Assembly: GCA_963727255.1 (NCBI GenBank)
Contig: CAVSFC010000002.1
Location: 352,001 to 416,000, forward strand
Reading direction: 5' to 3'
Source of the DNA: an uncultured bacterium
GTDB lineage: Bacteria; Babelota; Babeliae; Babelales; Vermiphilaceae
Length of the DNA stretch: 64,000 nucleotides
The position numbers and the translations under genes were made by a program. The notes below the pieces were generated by a model, which saw only the letters and a list, made by a program, of their open reading frames with translations, was not told where the DNA came from and ran no database searches. Shown here piece by piece: positions 61,496-64,000 of this stretch (the first letter of the stretch is position 1; every line of letters starts with the position of its first letter).

Positions 61496-61860
61496 GTGCA
61501 ATCACCTTCATTAAAGGCGTTTTGAATATAGGTTAGTTCTAAATTATTTTCTGTCCCATGCATGAGCGCAACATCAAAACGATATGAGCGTTCTTGCCAA
61601 CCATTTCTGCCGATATATTCTTTTGCGACGGCGATTATTTTGCGTTGTTTGCCGGGGGTAATAACATCAGAGAGATCAAAATAATTGTTTTGCCGCATCT
61701 TTACTTCTACAAATACTAATAAATCATGCGTGCTTGCAATAATATCTATCTCTCCACGCTTTTTGCGGTAATTAAGCTCAATAATTGAAAATCCATTTTG
61801 CAATAAATAATGAGCGGTTTTCTGTTCAGCTTCTCTACCAAGATGCGAGCGAAAATGCAT
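61489..61860 (-). CDS. yraN: YraN family endonuclease-like protein
   Basis: LGREAE, GEIDIIA, FVEVKMR, RFDVA. Confidence 0.92.
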   Translation of the reverse strand: MHFRSHLGREAEQKTAHYLLQNGFSIIELNYRKKRGEIDIIASTHDLLVFVEVKMRQNNYFDLSDVITPGKQRKIIAVAKEYIGRNGWQERSYRFDVALMHGTENNLELTYIQNAFNEGDCTW

Positions 61861-61878
61861 GTGCTGTCTTTCTAAAAA

Positions 61879-62763
61879 TTATGCTAATTTTGAGGATTTT
61901 GTTGAAGATGCTGCTTCTTTGGCAATCATAGTTTGCTCGAGATTCGCGCGTAGTTGCTCGGGTGAAAGAGCAAGCCGTTTGGTGATATCATTATCAGGGA
62001 ACTTGTTAATTAATTGCAGTTGCGTTTCCCAAACTTTAACCTGATCATTTTGCGCTTGAGCAAGTTGAATAGTCATTTCAAGCACTTTTGGTTGGGCATC
62101 AGAAAGTTTAGGCGCATGTTCTTTACTAATAAGATCAAGCCGTTTTTGAGCAGCTTTAAAGTTATTCCGGTTGAGATAGAAGTTGAAAATATTCGTATCA
62201 CTGGCCAATAGTTTTTCATGGCATTCAGTTGCAAGCTTGGTAACCGCCGGCAAGAATTCTGATTTACCATGATCGGTTATAAATTGATTAGCAAGGCTAA
62301 GCACTTCTTGTGTTTTACTTTGATCCCGATCCGGCTCGGAAGTTAGTTTAAAACCGCATTCAACCGCTTTATAATGAGCGTAATCGCATCGTGCGGCTCC
62401 CGGATAAAGGAGAATAAATTCATTATAGGCGCGTTCCGCCTTTGTCCATTCTTCTTGTTGATAATAAAGATCGGCCATTTGCAGCAAAATTTCTCTTATT
62501 TGTTCATGATCAGTGCAAACCATGCGCATGGCATCCAAATATTTGAGTGCCGTTGCAAAATCCTTAGAATTTAATGCTTGTTCAAGTCCTTTTTTGAGTT
62601 CCGGTAAAGATTTTTCTACCAAGGGGTTTTTGCGTGGCTTTTTTTTGTTTTCTTTTTCCTCAGGTTTTGGTTTTTGGCCAAAGCCCATCGGGCCCATAGC
62701 AGCCAAAGGGGCGCCCAGGGAAAGGAAAATCCCGCAAAATAATAAGCGCATACAAAGGGTCAT
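61879..62763 (-). CDS. bamD: Outer membrane protein assembly factor BamD-like TPR protein
   Basis: YNEFILLYP, DYAHYK, PDRDQSKT, FYLNRNNFKAAQKR. Confidence 0.78.
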   Translation of the reverse strand: MTLCMRLLFCGIFLSLGAPLAAMGPMGFGQKPKPEEKENKKKPRKNPLVEKSLPELKKGLEQALNSKDFATALKYLDAMRMVCTDHEQIREILLQMADLYYQQEEWTKAERAYNEFILLYPGAARCDYAHYKAVECGFKLTSEPDRDQSKTQEVLSLANQFITDHGKSEFLPAVTKLATECHEKLLASDTNIFNFYLNRNNFKAAQKRLDLISKEHAPKLSDAQPKVLEMTIQLAQAQNDQVKVWETQLQLINKFPDNDITKRLALSPEQLRANLEQTMIAKEAASSTKSSKLA

Positions 62764-62860
62764 AAAGTTTCCTTGGAAAGATTGCAATAAAAACGTAGTA
62801 TACTAAATACTATACTAGAAATATGATAAAAGAGAATTCCCTCATGATCGGGTTTTTAAG

Positions 62861-63046
62861 CCCGTTCGTCTCGAGCGAGCATTCTTGACCGCCATAGCCT
62901 TTAGGCGACGGCGGTTATGCGAGTCGAGAGATGGAAAGACTTCTAGAGCCTACTCCGCCGTAGTAGAATATCGAAGTCAATGAGTTAAACGAAGAAAGCT
63001 ACGAAGGCCGGGTTCGGCCTATAGGCCTCACTCGAAGCAAACGGGG
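62861..63046. repeat. Nested family I/family II palindromic cluster between bamD and gspE
   Basis: ccgttcgtctcgagcgagcat[..gaccgccatagcctttaggcgacggcggtt..]atgcgagtcgagaga, then gagcctactccgccgtag...gctacgaaggccgg (similar to 57565-57629) and ..cactcgaagcaaacggg. Confidence 0.8.
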
Positions 63047-63090
63047 TGGGTGATGCCAAGTGCTATATCGATATAAAGATAGGTGACTTA

Positions 63091-64000
63091 ATGATCACAA
63101 AAAGTATTGTTGATATTCTCCTTGAAAAAAAGATTATCACGAGTGCCCAGGCTCTCGAATGCCAAGCCTTGGCTGAAGAGAGCGGCAAGAGCGTAGAGCA
63201 GTGCCTTTTGGAAAAGAATTATATAACATCGGAAAATCTTGCCAAAGCAACTGCAGAAAGGGCCGGTCTTCCTTCGGTTGAAAAGGTGACTGATGCCATG
63301 GCCGATTTGGCTGTTTTGGCTAAAATCCCGCTCAAATTTCTCAGAGATAATACCGTGATTCCGGTAATGGTAGATAATCAGCTTACCATTCTGACTGCAA
63401 ACCCTAGCAACTTCCAGCCATTGGATGATATTAATATGCTTTTGGGCGGAAATGCGCGCTATGCGGTTGCCACTGAAAAAGTGATCAATGATGCCATTAA
63501 TCGTTATTATCCGCTTGAGGGTAGCAAGCAGATGATCGAGGCATTTGAAAAAGAAGAAGAGCTTGGCCCTGAAGAGGTTGATTTTGGGGCCATTGAAGAA
63601 AAAGATATTATGGCCATGGCATCTGAGGCGCCGATTATTAAACTGGTTAATAACATATTATTCCAGGCTGCAAAGCGAGGCGCTTCTGATATTCATATTG
63701 AGCCTTTTGAAAAAGAATTAGAGGTCCGTTATCGTATTGACGGAGTACTGTATCCGGTAATGACTCCTCCAAAGCGAATTCAAGGGGCTTTGATTTCTCG
63801 TATTAAAATTATGGCAAATCTTAATATTGCAGAAAAGCGGATGCCGCAAGATGGAAGAATTGATATTAAAGTTGCCGGTCGCCCCATTGATATTCGTGTT
63901 TCTGTATTACCGGTAGTTTTTGGTGAGCGGGTAGTGATGCGTTTATTAGATAAGATCCGCAGCTTTGGAAAACTTCAAGATCTTGGATTTAGCGAGCGCG
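63091..64000 (+). CDS. gspE: Type II secretion/type IV pilus assembly ATPase GspE/PilB, 3' truncated by the window end
   Basis: Manual translation MITKSIVDILLEKK..APIIKLVN..ASDIHIEP..RYRIDGVL..RIKIMANLNIAEKRMPQDGRI..DIRVSVLP..GERVVMRLL. Confidence 0.9.
   Translation, partial: MITKSIVDILLEKKIITSAQALECQALAEESGKSVEQCLLEKNYITSENLAKATAERAGLPSVEKVTDAMADLAVLAKIPLKFLRDNTVIPVMVDNQLTILTANPSNFQPLDDINMLLGGNARYAVATEKVINDAINRYYPLEGSKQMIEAFEKEEELGPEEVDFGAIEEKDIMAMASEAPIIKLVNNILFQAAKRGASDIHIEPFEKELEVRYRIDGVLYPVMTPPKRIQGALISRIKIMANLNIAEKRMPQDGRIDIKVAGRPIDIRVSVLPVVFGERVVMRLLDKIRSFGKLQDLGFSER

Overview
AT-rich bacterial chromosome segment, most consistent with an intracellular parasite of protists of the Dependentiae/Babeliae (TM6) type; this assignment is inferred from gene content and not verified. 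Housekeeping genes (phrB, deaD, gatB, rng, pal, mnmE, jag, tRNA-Gly, ruvA, ybeY, valS, tyrS, alr, rlmB, ftsQAZ, pgeF, secA, hisS, cdsA, yraN, bamD, gspE/pilB) are interspersed with about 35 signal-peptide-bearing orphan genes. Many of these orphans carry eukaryote-like domains (ankyrin, F-box, Skp1/BTB-LRR, WD40-like, zinc finger, PPP phosphatase, papain-like protease, CaaX boxes). Three patterns stand out. (1) About 26 exported proteins have a Met, usually Met-Glu/Gln/Asn, immediately after the predicted signal-peptide cleavage site, a candidate effector-sorting or N-terminal host-mimicry signal. (2) Two families of short palindromic REP/RPE-like elements occur as nested intergenic clusters and as in-frame insertions in valS, mnmE, hisS, gatB and the jag 3' end. 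(3) One protein has a Legionella AnkB-like F-box/ankyrin/CaaX architecture. Many conserved genes are frameshifted, most likely through assembly or consensus errors. No CRISPR array, rRNA or transposase gene was seen.
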